Under the pieces are notes generated by a model. That model was not told the origin of the DNA and made no database searches. It saw only the letters and a program-made list of their open reading frames with translations. Shown here in pieces: positions 10,919 through 22,244 of a DNA stretch of 64,000 nt. The position numbers and the translations under genes were made by a program. Position 1 is the stretch's first letter; the number at the start of each line of letters is the position of its first letter. This DNA is from Octopus bimaculoides. Taxonomy: Eukaryota. Where the stretch lies: assembly GCF_001194135.2 (NCBI RefSeq), contig NC_068984.1:145999208-146063207 (forward strand), given 5' to 3'.

Positions 10919-11394
10919 TGAGTGAAGCATTACTGCTATTAATATGATTTAATTTTTATTATAATTAACTTGACTGGTTGTGTAACTTATCGGCTCAGTT
11001 AAAATTAGTTCATAATCAGCCTCCATCAGTTATCTCCCTTCCTACATATCTTTCTCAATTTTGGTTGAGATTTGATTTCCCCAAAAGTGAGTTTTTATAA
11101 TTTGTTATCGGTTTATTGTTGTCATTTATTGTTATTGCGGTTGTTTTGTTTTTCCTTTGTTTGAATCAATTGCGTTTTCTTTATATTGCATTGTCAGATA
11201 AATTCCTTCATTTTTTTCCCTCTTGGTATTTCAGTGTCATATCTCTAAAAAAAAAAGGTAGAATTTACTCAAATTTCAAAAACGATAAGAAGTTGTAGGT
11301 GAAGAACAGAACTAACAGAACCCCGTAAAATAAACCGATAAAAGCACTTTTTGTGTCAATTAAAATAACATTGGAAAGGATTAAAATCAATGAT

Positions 11395-11434
11395 AGTGAT
11401 GATGATGATGATAATAATAATAATAATAATAATG

Positions 11435-11481
<47 letters not shown>
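11395..11481. repeat. (GAT)n(AAT)n microsatellite, forming the 3' tail of the adjacent CR1
   Basis: Directly abuts the 3' end of the minus-strand CR1. Confidence 0.9.
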
Positions 11482-11482
<1 letters not shown>

Positions 11483-12520
11483 GTGAAATTATTGTGTACA
11501 GTGCTCAGTTGCACTACAACTCATCAAAGGTGCATGTACAATGCATAGAATTATGTACATAAGTCAGGAAAGTGAACAGTGTATGAGTCATAATATACAT
11601 GTGTGCATGCGTATGGAAGTGGCGAGATATCAGGTGTAGTGTTGGCGAATTTCAGGAAGCATGGAGGATTTAAAGGACGCAATGTCTTGGCAGCTAACAA
11701 CTGATGCAGGGAGTTTGTTCCATACTTCAGCAACTCTGAGTGTGATAAAATGTTTCCGAAAGTCATGGGAGCTGTCCTGTTTTCTGACTTTGTAGGAGGC
11801 CTGCCCATGTGTGTTATGGAGCCCAGAAAGGTGCTCAAGGTGGTTGTTAGCACAATGGTTAATAATTTCGTGGGTTTATAAACAAGTCCGCTGCTAGACG
11901 TCGGAGCCCAGAGAAGCAAGCCGTTCAGAGTGTGGTAGATGCCTTATTGGGGGGTATTCGGTTGGTTGCACGTCTCTGAACAGTTTCCAGGAGGTCAATG
12001 TCCTGAGCAAGATAGGGGTTCCAGACTGGTGATGCAAATTCCAAGTGTGGCCGCACCATTGCCATATACAGCCTTAAATAAATAGCCGGGGGGAGCGGCT
12101 GACAAAGGTCTTGCTGAGTAATGCCAAGACACCCTCGGCCTTCTTGACAATTTTAGAGATGTGCTTTGTCCAGCACAAATCGCTGCTGACAGTAATGCCC
12201 AGGTCGCGTTCACAAGAAAACTTCTTGATATTAGTGTTGTGGAGAGAGTATGTGAACGCTGGGTTTTTTTCCTTTTTTTTTTTTTTTTTGGTGGAGTGGG
12301 GGAATCGAACTAATTTATGGCCCTCTCCCTTTAGCAATCCAATATTTTTAAAACCATCTTTTCTGATGTGTTAAAGGTATTATAATTACTTTGTATCAGT
12401 ACAGGTCGAAAGAGAACGTTTACATCTAGACGTTTGTCTTTTTAACCCATAAAGCTGGTGACAAGTTTTACATCATCTGAAAAGTCATTAGTTGAACTCT
12501 TAGTCCTCTTGCATTCTGGG
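11482..12520 (-). mobile_element. CR1-clade LINE, 5'-truncated
   Basis: FSDDVKLV (YADD-like)...ERDLGITVSSDLCWTKHISKIVKKAEGVL...YMAMVRPHLEFASPVWNPYLAQDIDLLETVQRRAT...RVAEVWNKLPASVV, then 3' UTR. Confidence 0.85.
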
Positions 12521-12585
12521 GGGTATCGAAGCGTTTGAGTGACATTAAACCCCAACAAACGCCCGTAAATTAAATGCATCTGTCT

Positions 12586-12637
12586 GGGCCACGATCGTGG
12601 CCTGTCGACCTGTGCCTGACGGCCACGATCGTGGCCC
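12586..12637. repeat. Two copies of the perfect palindrome GGCCACGATCGTGGCC
   Basis: 12587-12602 and 12621-12636, 18-bp spacer. Confidence 0.95.
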
Positions 12638-12789
12638 ATCATGATTTATGTGTCAATCTTATTCCTTTTCATCATCATCATCATTATTAAACCTCCTGGT
12701 CATTATTGTCTTGAGTCCTTGGACTTGCAGGGTCGATTACTCAGTTTCCATGGCTTATTAGGGGCCAAGATCATAACATTGCCCTTGAA

Positions 12790-12955
12790 TTGGACACCAG
12801 TTCATCACAGGGTGACCCATTTTACAGCCGAGTGGACTGGAGCAACATGAAATGAAGTGTTTTCCTTTCAAGAACACCATGCACTGTCCTATCCAAGAAT
12901 TGAAACCACATTCTTGCGATCATGTGTGCACCACCCTAACCACTTGACTATGCAC
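12790..12955 (-). mobile_element. tRNA-derived SINE family C, partial
   Basis: gagtggactggagcaacatgaaatgaagtgtttt...caagaacac...ttgaaaccac..., matching 28410-28726. Confidence 0.7.
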
Positions 12956-13049
12956 CCTTCTGTCTTCAATAACAGATAGGTTTGAAATATGATATTTCTT
13001 TCCTTCTCTTCACAACAATACATTCACTTTGTAATATTGTTTTGTGTTT

Positions 13050-13665
13050 GGCGTCGAGCTGGCAGAAACGTTAGCACACCGGGCGACATGCTTAGCAGTA
13101 TTTCGTCTGTCTTTGTGTTCTGAGTTCAAATTCCACCGAGGTCAGCTTTGCCTTTCATCCTTTCAGGATCAATAAATTAAGTACCAGTTACGCACTGGGG
13201 TCGATGCAATCGACTTAATCCCTTTGTCTGTCCTTGTTTGTCCCTTCTATGTTTAGACCCTTGTGGACGATAAAAAAATAAGAAACGTTAGCACGCCGGG
13301 CGAAATGCTTAGCGGTATTTCGTCTGCCACTGCGTTCTGAGTTCAAATTCCGCCGAGGTCGACTTTGCCTTTCATCCTTTCGGGGTCGATAAATTAAGTA
13401 CCAGTTACGCACTGGGGTCGATATAATCGACTTAATCCGTTTGTCTGTTCTTGTTTGTCCCCTCTGTGTGTAGCCCCTTGTGGGCAGTAAAGAAATAGGT
13501 ATTTCACCTGTCTTTGTGTTCTGAGTTCAAATTCCACTGAGGTCAACTTTGCCTTTCATCCTTTCGGCGTCGATAAATTAAATACCAGTTGCGTATTGGA
13601 GTCGATCTAATCGACTACCCCCTCCCCCCAAATTTCGGGCCTTGTGCCTCGAGTAGAAAAGAATC
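13050..13665 (+). mobile_element. Three tandem/nested CORE-type SINE copies
   Basis: Three repeats of gttctgagttcaaattcc...gactttgcctttcatcctttcggggtcgataaattaagtaccag. The head ggcgtcgagctggcagaaacgttagc is tRNA-like. CORE segment resembles the octopus OR2-type SINE (recalled, not searched). Confidence 0.85.
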
Positions 13666-13819
13666 TTGTTTCTTTTCAGTTTATTCCCAAGACTTGTGGG
13701 AAATAATGATTCTCTGTTAGCAGCATTGGTCAGTCAAAGATTTTATTATTCCAACACCAAAATATCAGCATGATCATTCCAAACATGGAATTTATTAAAA
13801 AAATAAAAAGTCCACTCCT

Positions 13820-14020
13820 TATATCTTTTACTGTTTACTTGTTTCAGTAATTGGACTGCGGCCATACTGGGGCACTGCCTTGATGAGGTTTGTTAAATAA
13901 ATCAACCCCACTAGTTTTTGTTTTTTTTTCTTCTTAAGTCTGGTACTTACTTTATCAGTTTCTTTTACTGAACTACTATGTTGTGTGGACGTAGACAAAC
14001 CAACACCGTTTAACAAGTAG
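13820..14020 (-). mobile_element. SINE 3' half (family A-type tail)
   Basis: tttacttgtttcagt...ctgcggccatactggggcactgcc, the reverse complement of the family A tail. Confidence 0.6.
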
Positions 14021-14094
14021 TGAGAAAAGAAACACAAATGTTAATAGAGGGAGAATTCCATTCACTTAGAACCTGCCTAAAATCATTGTCATCA

Positions 14095-14420
14095 TTATCA
14101 TCATCATCATCATCATCATCACAGTCCCTATTTAATGTCTGTTTTCCATGCTGGCATGGGTTGGACAGTTGAACAGGAGCTGGCAAGCCAAAGGGCTGTG
14201 CCAAGCCCCAGTGTCTGCTTTGGCATGGTGCCTATGGCTGAATGCCTTTCCTAACAGCAACCACTTTATGGAGTGTATTGAGGGCTGTTTACATTGCACC
14301 CACACCAATGGGGCTACCAAGTAACAAGACAAAGTCCAGTATCGATGAAGGGTGGGGAGTGGCTTTATGCCAGGTGATGAGAGGTTACAGAATGGTCTGG
14401 GCAGATACAGGTGTGTTGCT
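14095..14420 (-). mobile_element. RTE 3'-UTR-derived element
   Basis: (cat)n...tttccatgctggcatgggttggacag...gaatgcctttcctaacagc. Confidence 0.75.
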
Positions 14421-14999
14421 GTGCGGGAGATTGCCTCGTGTAGAAGAGAGAGAGGAGACAGAACATGATGTTGAAGATGGGTCTGGCAATATCGTCAAGG
14501 AGAGGAATATAGGTGAAGTGGTAGAGAGGACTGAACAGGATGACTGGGTGGGTAAGAGGGTGGAGTGTGCAAGGAGAGAGAGGGTGATAGAGGGAGGGGA
14601 ATTCAGTGAGTAGGGAATATGGGTGGAGAAGGAGGTGGGTGAGGAAAATAAGTTGTGGGGAGAGATTCGTCGGGGACAGGTTGTGTGCAGGGGTATAGAC
14701 ATAAATAAACATACGTCCCCAAAATTTTGCTTTCCATTTCTGGATAGAAATATGTTGCTGAAGTGTTTTAGGCAGATTCAAGGAGGTAAGAGACACGGTA
14801 AATATGACAAGAAGAACGTTGTGACTGAAGTGGAAGAAGAGAGGTTATGCAGCGAAGTAGTTGAAAAGAGCAGAAGGCATTGCTGCCGAGACATAAAGAA
14901 GCGAAGAGAGGGAAGTACGTTTGTAAATCGGTGTTTGGTTGGTTGTAACAATATTGCTAAGAGAAATATTGATAAGCAGTAAAAATGACCTAATTTTAG

Positions 15000-15053
15000 A
15001 TGCAGTCTCCAGAATGTCTGTGCATGGATGCAACCAACGCCGGCCCCTTGCAT
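15000..15053 (+). other. Candidate 54-nt symmetric exon
   Basis: taattttag|ATGCAG...TTGCAT|GTGAGT. Open in all three frames; protein not recognised. Confidence 0.25.
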
Positions 15054-15307
15054 GTGAGTCCGATTTCAATAAGATTTTACTTGGAATTCAGCAACAGATC
15101 ACAGACGAACTATTTACTATGCAAATAGATTTTTCTACGTTCAAGATTTATCGAGGCTCAATTTCTAGTAGTTTCATTTAATCTCTTATGAATTTACTTC
15201 TTTAAAAATATTCTTTGATTGACAGATTAATCATTAGAGAGCTGTAGGGTTTCTAAACAGCATTTTGGTGGGGTTTCTTTTTACATATCAACTTTACACC
15301 ATTTTAA

Positions 15308-15520
15308 CCCTTTTGTCATCATATTTCTGTTGAAATATGCAGCCTTTGTCTCAATTAATTTTGAGAATAATGAAGAATTTAGTCAAATAACTTTGTCATT
15401 GTTAATCTTGTATCCAAAAACATGAATTTTGATAGAAATTTTTGATTTAGATGATTTAAAAACAATAAATTTGTATCGTAGAACCAAAGGGCCGACTCAG
15501 GTGGGTTGGTATCAAAAGGG
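15308..15520. mobile_element. piggyBac-type MITE
   Basis: TTAA-CCCTTTTG...CAAAAGGG-ATAA: CCC/GGG termini and a TTAA target (right copy mutated). Confidence 0.7.
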
Positions 15521-16121
15521 ATAAAGGTTATACGAAATGCAATAAAAGACTATTCAAAAAATAAGAAGAGAAAGAAAGAGAGTATATCTGTTGGATTATC
15601 TCTGTTCCATCGTTATTTTAACTTTGGTATAGTTTATAAAAACGAAATGATGAATATTGTAAAAAAAAAACAGAAACTATCAAACGACTTAAGTATAAAA
15701 ACAATACATTTCAAATTTATTTGAAAAGAACACAATTTGCTAAAATAAACTTTATAAAATGGTAAAAAAAAAAAATGAAAGAAGTAAATAAAATATAACA
15801 CAAATCGATGGCCACTCCTTTTATACATCGCACTGGGGTAGGGACACAGAAATGCAAATCTCTTAATTGTTTTTTTATATACTATCCACTGCATCAGATA
15901 GATTTTTATGTATGTATAACTGTCATATTCTAAGGTATTAAATTTCTTTTTTATTGTTGGTAAGCGTCGTGTTATGTTTCTAATCAAACGCTAATTGGCC
16001 TCTGAAAAAGAAAAAAAACAAAAAAAACGGGATTGGCTGAGGAGAAGAATAGAATGACATAATTATCTCCCTTTATACGGTTTACTCCAGAATTTGGCGT
16101 CTCTGTGCGTGTGCGCGCGCG

Positions 16122-16412
16122 TTGAATCGTTAGCATTCCGGACCAAATGCTTGATGGCGTTTTGTCTGTCTTAATGTTCTGAGTTCAAATTCTGCCAAGG
16201 TCGATAACATAACATAAGTACCAATTGAGCACTGCGGTCGATGTAATCGACTTGACTCCTTCTCTCACAATTTCAGGCTTTGTGCCTTTAGTTGAACTTT
16301 GCCTTTCATCCAATCGAGATCGATAAAATTACTACACTGGGTTCGATGTAATCGATTCATCCCCTTCTCCATATATGGCTGCTCTTGTGGTGGCAAAATT
16401 TGAAACTATTAT
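16122..16412 (+). mobile_element. CORE-type SINE, partial dimer
   Basis: gaatcgttagc...gttctgagttcaaattc...gtcgatgtaatcgac, then a second ctttgcctttcatcc...gatgtaatcga. Confidence 0.7.
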
Positions 16413-16956
16413 TATTCGGCAGAAATTACGAAGCAGCTCGAGTTTTGTGTATTGGCACGAAATGCTCGGCCCTTGAGTTACTCAGCATCTTTTACGTTTA
16501 TTGATAATATATACAAGATAGAACTCAAACTATGAGAGAGTGTGCGTGCGTGTGTGTGTGTGCGTATATATATATATATATATNNNNNNNNNNNNNNNNN
16601 NNNNNNNNNNNNNNNNNNNNNNNNNNNNNNNNNNNNNNNNNNNNNNNNNNNNNNNNNNNNNNNNNNNNNNNNNNNNNNNNNNNNNNNNNNNNNNNNNNNN
16701 NNNNNNNNNNNNNNNNNNNNNNNNNNNNNNNNNNNNNNNNNNNNNNNNNNNNNNNNNNNNNNNNNNNNNNNNNNNNNNNNNNNNNNNNNNNNNNNNNNNN
16801 NNNNNNNNNNNNNNNNNNNNNNNNNNNNNNNNNNNNNNNNNNNNNNNNNNNNNNNNNNNNNNNNNNNNNNNNNNNNNNNNNNNNNNNNNNNNNNNNNNNN
16901 NNNNNNNNNNNNNNNNNNNNNNNNNNNNNNNNNNNNNNNNNNNNNNNNNNNNAAAC

Positions 16957-16993
<37 letters not shown>

Positions 16994-17105
16994 TGTTGTA
17001 CTTGGGGATGGTCATATTGCCAGTTTAGCCAATAAAAACACACGCACTGTATATTTGGTGTTAATTTGCTTCAGCTTTATATTACATTAATCTTAATCTT
17101 ATTTC

Positions 17106-17150
17106 GGCCAGAGTTCTTTCGTCACACTTCTGTGACCTCATCAGTGGTCC
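17106..17150 (-). ncRNA. Minimal type I hammerhead ribozyme
   Basis: GGACCA-CUGAUGA-G-GUCAC agaagu GUGAC-GAAA-G aa C-UC^UGGCC. Canonical core; stem I has one bulge. Confidence 0.8.
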
Positions 17151-17194
17151 TTTGTTTCCTTCTTTCTTATGTGTGTCTCACCTTGCTAACTATC

Positions 17195-17290
17195 AGCCGG
17201 TGCAGCCATCTGGTTCACCAGTCCTCAGTCAAATCGTCCAACCCATGCTAGCATGGAAAGCGGACGTTAAACGATGATGATGATGATGAT
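17195..17290 (+). mobile_element. RTE 3' end with (GAT)n tail
   Basis: cgtccaacccatgctagcatggaaagcggacgttaaac(gat)n. Confidence 0.85.
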
Positions 17291-18077
17291 ATATACATAT
17301 ACATACACACACTCATAGTTTGAGTTCTATCTTGTTTGAATTACCAAACCTTCCACACACACACACATATTTAGTTTTAAAAACAAACTGACATTTGTCA
17401 AGTTTCTATTTTCACATTTTACGTTTCATTGTTTTATGTTAGAATATCTATTTATATCAAGTATTTATTGAACAACATTATAAGGTGTTTCTGTCTGCAG
17501 CAAGACGTATCCTGCTTCTTCTTGATTGTCCTAGGCTATCAGCTGTTCCTTGAACCAGCTTCCAGCCTAAAAATATTGGGTCTTTTTTTCAGGTCTTTTT
17601 TTCTTTCCTTTTGTAAATGGAAAAAAAAAATAAAATAAAAATTAGAACAATGATGCATCTTTATTTCTAAACTTTAAAAAAAAAAGTAAATTAAAAAAAG
17701 CAATTTCCAAAAACAGTAANNNNNNNNNNNNNNNNNNNNNNNNNNNNNNNNNNNNNNNNNNNNNNNNNNNNNNNNNNNNNNNNNNNNNNNNNNNNNNNNN
17801 NNNNNNNNNNNNNNNNNNNNNNNNNNNNNNNNNNNNNNNNNNNNNNNNNNNNNNNNNNNNNNNNNNNNNNNNNNNNNNNNNNNNNNNNNNNNNNNNNNNN
17901 NNNNNNNNNNNNNNNNNNNNNNNNNNNNNNNNNNNNNNNNNNNNNNNNNNNNNNNNNNNNNNNNNNNNNNNNNNNNNNNNNNNNNNNNNNNNNNNNNNNN
18001 NNNNNNNNNNNNNNNNNNNNNNNNNNNNNNNNNNNNNNNNNNNNNNNNNNNNNNNNNNNNNNNNNNNNNNNNNNNNN

Positions 18078-18122
<45 letters not shown>

Positions 18123-18352
18123 GTGTATGTACGTATATATTTGTGTGTGTCTGTGTCTGTCCCCCTGCCATCACTTGACAATTGATGCTGGTGTGTTTAT
18201 GTCCCTGTAATTTAGCAGTTCAGCAAAAGAGACTGATTGAATAAGTTCTAGGTTTACAAAGAATAAGTCCTGGGGTTGATTTTTTTTCAACAAGGCAGTG
18301 CTCTAGCATGGCCACAGTCAAATGACTGAAACAAGTAAAAGAATAAAAGAAT
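18078..18352 (+). mobile_element. SINE family A, 3' half
   Basis: ...gatgctggtgtgtttatgtcc...gtgctctagcatggccacagtcaaatgactgaaacaagtaaaag. Confidence 0.8.
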
Positions 18353-18659
18353 GTGACTTCAAAGTCCCATCAGCATTTGCCTTTCCATGTTCACGTGGGT
18401 CAGACGGAAGTTGATGAGGTAGTTTTTCTGTAGCCAAATTTGATTGGCTGCTGCAAAACTCATTACAAATGTATCAAGCATTTATTTGGTCAACACTTGA
18501 CATTTTCATCTATTTACGTACAAAGACACATGATATTTCCATGTCTTCAGTATCATATGTATAAAACACACAAAAGTTAGAATATGACTATTGTTAATAA
18601 AGTTTACGTGTTGATAAATAACTTAATTTTAAAAATTTTTTATCATATATGAATAAGCA

Positions 18660-18850
18660 GACTTTGTCGATGCTGGTGCCACATAAAAAGCTCTCGGTCC
18701 ATTCTGTAAAGTGGTTGGCATTAGGAAGGGCATCCAGCTGTAAAAACCATGCCAAAACTGACAGTAGAGCTTGGTGCAATCCTCTGGCTTGTCAACTCCT
18801 GCCAAACCAAGCAAGGAAAAGGACTTTAAATAATGATGAGGATGAGGATA
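18660..18850 (+). mobile_element. RTE 3'-UTR-derived element
   Basis: gtggttggcattaggaagggcatccagctg...taatgatgaggatgag. Confidence 0.75.
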
Positions 18851-18859
18851 TCTATCAAA

Positions 18860-19235
18860 CTATGACAAATGCATGATGTGGAAAGCCATATAAGGCACAC
18901 ATTTTTCCAAAAAGTGTTTCAAAAAAGTCACCCTGGGTCCTTTATGCATAGTTGGGCCTTCCATAAGCTTTAATTGCTGAAATTAGAATGTGTCTTTTAC
19001 GCCATCAAATATGATATTGTAACCAGTTGGAAATTCTTTGATAATATTGATACAAATGTCTGCATGACTCCACCACTTCTGACCTTTTGATCAAATTTGT
19101 AAAGAATGTGATAGTTAAATATTCTTACAGTCTTTTGCAATTTTTGGTCAGAGATGAAGAAAAATGCTGACAGGAGCAGTTATGAAAATAGACAACAGAC
19201 CAGGCAGAGCATGTAAGTCAGTGTCCACAGAATGT
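18860..19235 (-). mobile_element. Possible XPG/FEN1-like (H3TH) nuclease fragment, Academ-type DNA transposon
   Basis: Minus strand ...FPTGYNIIFDGVKDTF*FQQLKLM... (cf. TGCD..S.F.G.GK) and LFGKMCALYGFP (cf. FVC.LYG). Very decayed. Confidence 0.35.
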
Positions 19236-19504
19236 GTTTACGTATATTCCTTAGTCTGTGGATGGTAATATAGATATACGGTTACACTAGTATTTATAAA
19301 TATGTCTAAATACCAGTGTTTGGTTACAAGTAAATCTACAAGAATATATCCCCCCCCCACCTTCCTGTGAGCCATTGTTTTCATCATTTCTCAGTTTGTT
19401 TCTGCAAAAAACCAAATAAATTCTCTGCGAGTGTACACATGGCCTGCAAAATTCTTCAACAATTGGGATTTAATTGTGTGTGTGTGTGTGTGTGTGCTTG
19501 CATG

Positions 19505-19680
19505 TGTGCAAGCGCAGTTTTTCCAGGGTCAGTCCCACTGAGTGGTACCTTAGGCAAGTGCTTTCTACTGTAGCATCAATTTGATGAAAGGCTTGGGCGT
19601 GGATTTGGTGGATGGAAACTGAAAGAAACCCGTTATGTCTTTTATACATACATATATATATGTGTGTGTGTGTATCTAAA
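19505..19680 (+). mobile_element. SINE family A, degraded 5' half
   Basis: gggtcagtcccactgagtggtaccttaggcaagtg...ggaaactgaaagaaaccc. Confidence 0.6.
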
Positions 19681-19867
19681 ACCATAAAGGCATGTGCCTT
19701 AATGGTTTGGATGTTGAGCTTGTGTTCATAAGTTCAGTCCTTGGACAGGATGGTATATTGTCTACCTTGTGTTATGCACTTTACTTCCTTGTCATTTAAT
19801 CTCTTCATTTGTTTAATTGTTCAGTTTTATGTCTGTCTTTCCATGCCAGTCAGAGTTAGACAAATAT

Positions 19868-19960
19868 ACACAGGGTGCAATGCGTAAATTGTCGCCATTT
19901 TATATTTTTAATTTTGCACATTGTTTTTGATTTTGTTGACTGCACAGTATAGTAGGTTAA
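19868..19960 (+). mobile_element. Possible Tc1/mariner-type terminus
   Basis: cagggtgcaatgcgtaaattgtcgcc after a TA/CA run. No partner end found. Confidence 0.3.
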
Positions 19961-20104
19961 GCAACCATCTAAGGGATAATAAATATCCAATATACTACTG
20001 GAGGGATACCTATGTATTTATATCCAAGTGCTTACTATTGCAGGGCAATATCGCAATTGAATAATAGGTATGGCTGGGGGTAAATTGGAAAGTTACCCAG
20101 GATT

Positions 20105-20138
20105 TATAAGGCAAGTAAGAAAATTTTCTTATTTGCCT

Positions 20139-20142
<4 letters not shown>
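20105..20142. repeat. 38-bp near-perfect palindrome abutting (TA)n
   Basis: tataaggcaagtaagaaaa|ttttcttatttgccttata, one mismatch. Confidence 0.9.
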
Positions 20143-20172
<30 letters not shown>

Positions 20173-20699
20173 TACATACATACATACATACACACACAGA
20201 GTTACACATATAAAGTTTGGTTTCAAACTTTTAATGCTAACCTTAATTATTAGAATTTCTTTAAATGATTTGGATGATAAATTTCAAAGAGGAAAAAGTT
20301 AACAACAGCCAAAGAAAAAGAAAGAGACACAAAGCGAAAATGGAGGGGGAAAAAAAAAAGGAATCAGAGTTTTCTCCATTTTAATTTGTTTCTGCTGCTG
20401 TTAATAGCTGTGAGTAATTCTAACAGAAGTCATTAACGTCTCTCTTTGATTCCTGGGAAAAGAATGGCTTTTTCTTTCAAGCAGTTTATTTTTCTCTCTC
20501 CTCACTGGGTATTCCTTCTTTGTTGATGGTGCCCAGAAGCCATGTTGTTCCGTATGTCTAGCAATGTCTCATGAAGACACAGACTTGCTCTCTACTCAAC
20601 TTCTCTCTCTTCTCTTCTCTTCTCTTCTCTCTTCTTGCCAAACAGACTCAGTTTGAATCCCTTTCTTCCCATTGGTCCATATTATACTCTACTGAGACC

Positions 20700-21255
20700 A
20701 GGAAATGATTCTTTGTCTGTGTGTCTATGTAACTGTGTCACTGTATCAGTGTGTCTTTGTTTGTGTATGTGTGGTAGTGTGTGTGTGCATATGTGAATAT
20801 TAGTGTGTGTCAATGCATAGAGTAGTTTTCGAGTGTGTGTGTGTGTTTGCATGTGTAATAGTGTGTGTGTGNNNNNNNNNNNNNNNNNNNNNNNNNNNNN
20901 NNNNNNNNNNNNNNNNNNNNNNNNNNNNNNNNNNNNNNNNNNNNNNNNNNNNNNNNNNNNNNNNNNNNNNNNNNNNNNNNNNNNNNNNNNNNNNNNNNNN
21001 NNNNNNNNNNNNNNNNNNNNNNNNNNNNNNNNNNNNNNNNNNATGTGAGTATTAGTGTGTGTGTGTTTCTGTGTGTTTGCATGTGTATTAGTGTGTGCGT
21101 TTTGGGGGATTGTGTGTATTAGTGTGAATGTGTGTGTGTGTGTCAATGTGTATGGGTGTTATAGTGTGTATGTGAGTGTTAGTGTGTATGTGTGTGTGTA
21201 CCAATGTGTGTGTGTGTATTAATGTATGTACCAATGTGTGTGTGTGTGTGTGTGC
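20700..21255. repeat. Degenerate (GT)n / attagtgtgtg minisatellite spanning a gap
   Basis: Recurrent tattagtgtgtg units within GT runs. Confidence 0.85.
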
Positions 21256-21540
21256 AAGTAGTTCATTTTTGTATTTATTGATGCCTAGTTTTTCAGTGGA
21301 ATCCTTGGCCACAAGCCACCTCTTCTGTATCTGTTTCTGTGGTGATGGTGATGATGACGATGACGATGGTGCTGTTTGTTTAATTAACATGTATGCTGGG
21401 TTAATCCCAAATACTGAACATTTCTGCTAGCTGGGTGTAAAATGTGGAGAGCTTATTATTTGAGGGATTCATAGAAACAAAACTGAAAAATTAAGAAAAA
21501 CAATAGCTATCTTTTTTTTTATTTTATTTTATTTTTTGCA

Positions 21541-21702
21541 TAGGCCCCAGCATGGCCGTGGGGTTAAAAAGTTTGCTTTGCAACCATGTCGTTTCAGGTT
21601 CAGTCCCATATCATAGCACCTTTGGCAAGTGTCTTCTACTATAACCTCAAGCCAGTCTATGCCTTCTGAGGGAATTAGATAGATGGAAACTGAAAGAAGC
21701 CC

Positions 21703-21736
<34 letters not shown>

Positions 21737-21916
21737 TTTCTTATTGTTTGACAACCAGTGTTGGTTTGTTTGTGTGCCCATAACTTGGTGGTTCAGCAAA
21801 AGTGACTGATATAATAAGTACCAAACTTAAAAAACAAGTACTGTATCGATTTGATTGACTAAACCCTGCCCCAGCATGGCCACAATCCAATGACTGAAAC
21901 AAGTAAAAGATTAAAA
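21541..21916 (+). mobile_element. SINE family A-type, near full length
   Basis: Head ...caggttcagtccc, internal (GT)n, tail ccagcatggccacaatccaatgactgaaacaagtaaaag. Confidence 0.8.
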
Positions 21917-22244
21917 GAAACGCTTAGCATTTACCTGTAACCAAAACCTGATCTTTAGGTGTTTATTTATAAAATACTTGTGTGTCAGTGTATGTTTGTT
22001 GTTGTCTAACCCACCTCGTTAGGTTTTTTAGGCTTGCAGGCTGCATGACAACCACCTCACTAGTGCTGGTGCTGTTAAGATCAAAGCACGAAGATGAGTC
22101 ATCTGCTTACTTTAGTTAAGTTGTTGAACAAGAATTAAACAACCAATGTTAACTGAAAATTTCAAGAAACAAAATGGTAATACATTGCACCTGCAAAAGT
22201 TCTTGTAAAAATATTACTTTGTACCATAAATGTGTACCAGACTT

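Larger units (their letters stand above)
16513..17335. mobile_element. Element bounded by a 24-bp perfect inverted repeat, with microsatellites and nested insertions inside
   Basis: acaagatagaactcaaactatgag (16513-16536) and its reverse complement (17312-17335). Confidence 0.5.

Noticed and set aside
14715-14737. Minus-strand ATG exon MESKILG with donor AC|GTATGT
   Set aside because: Too short, with no linked downstream exon; such signals arise by chance.
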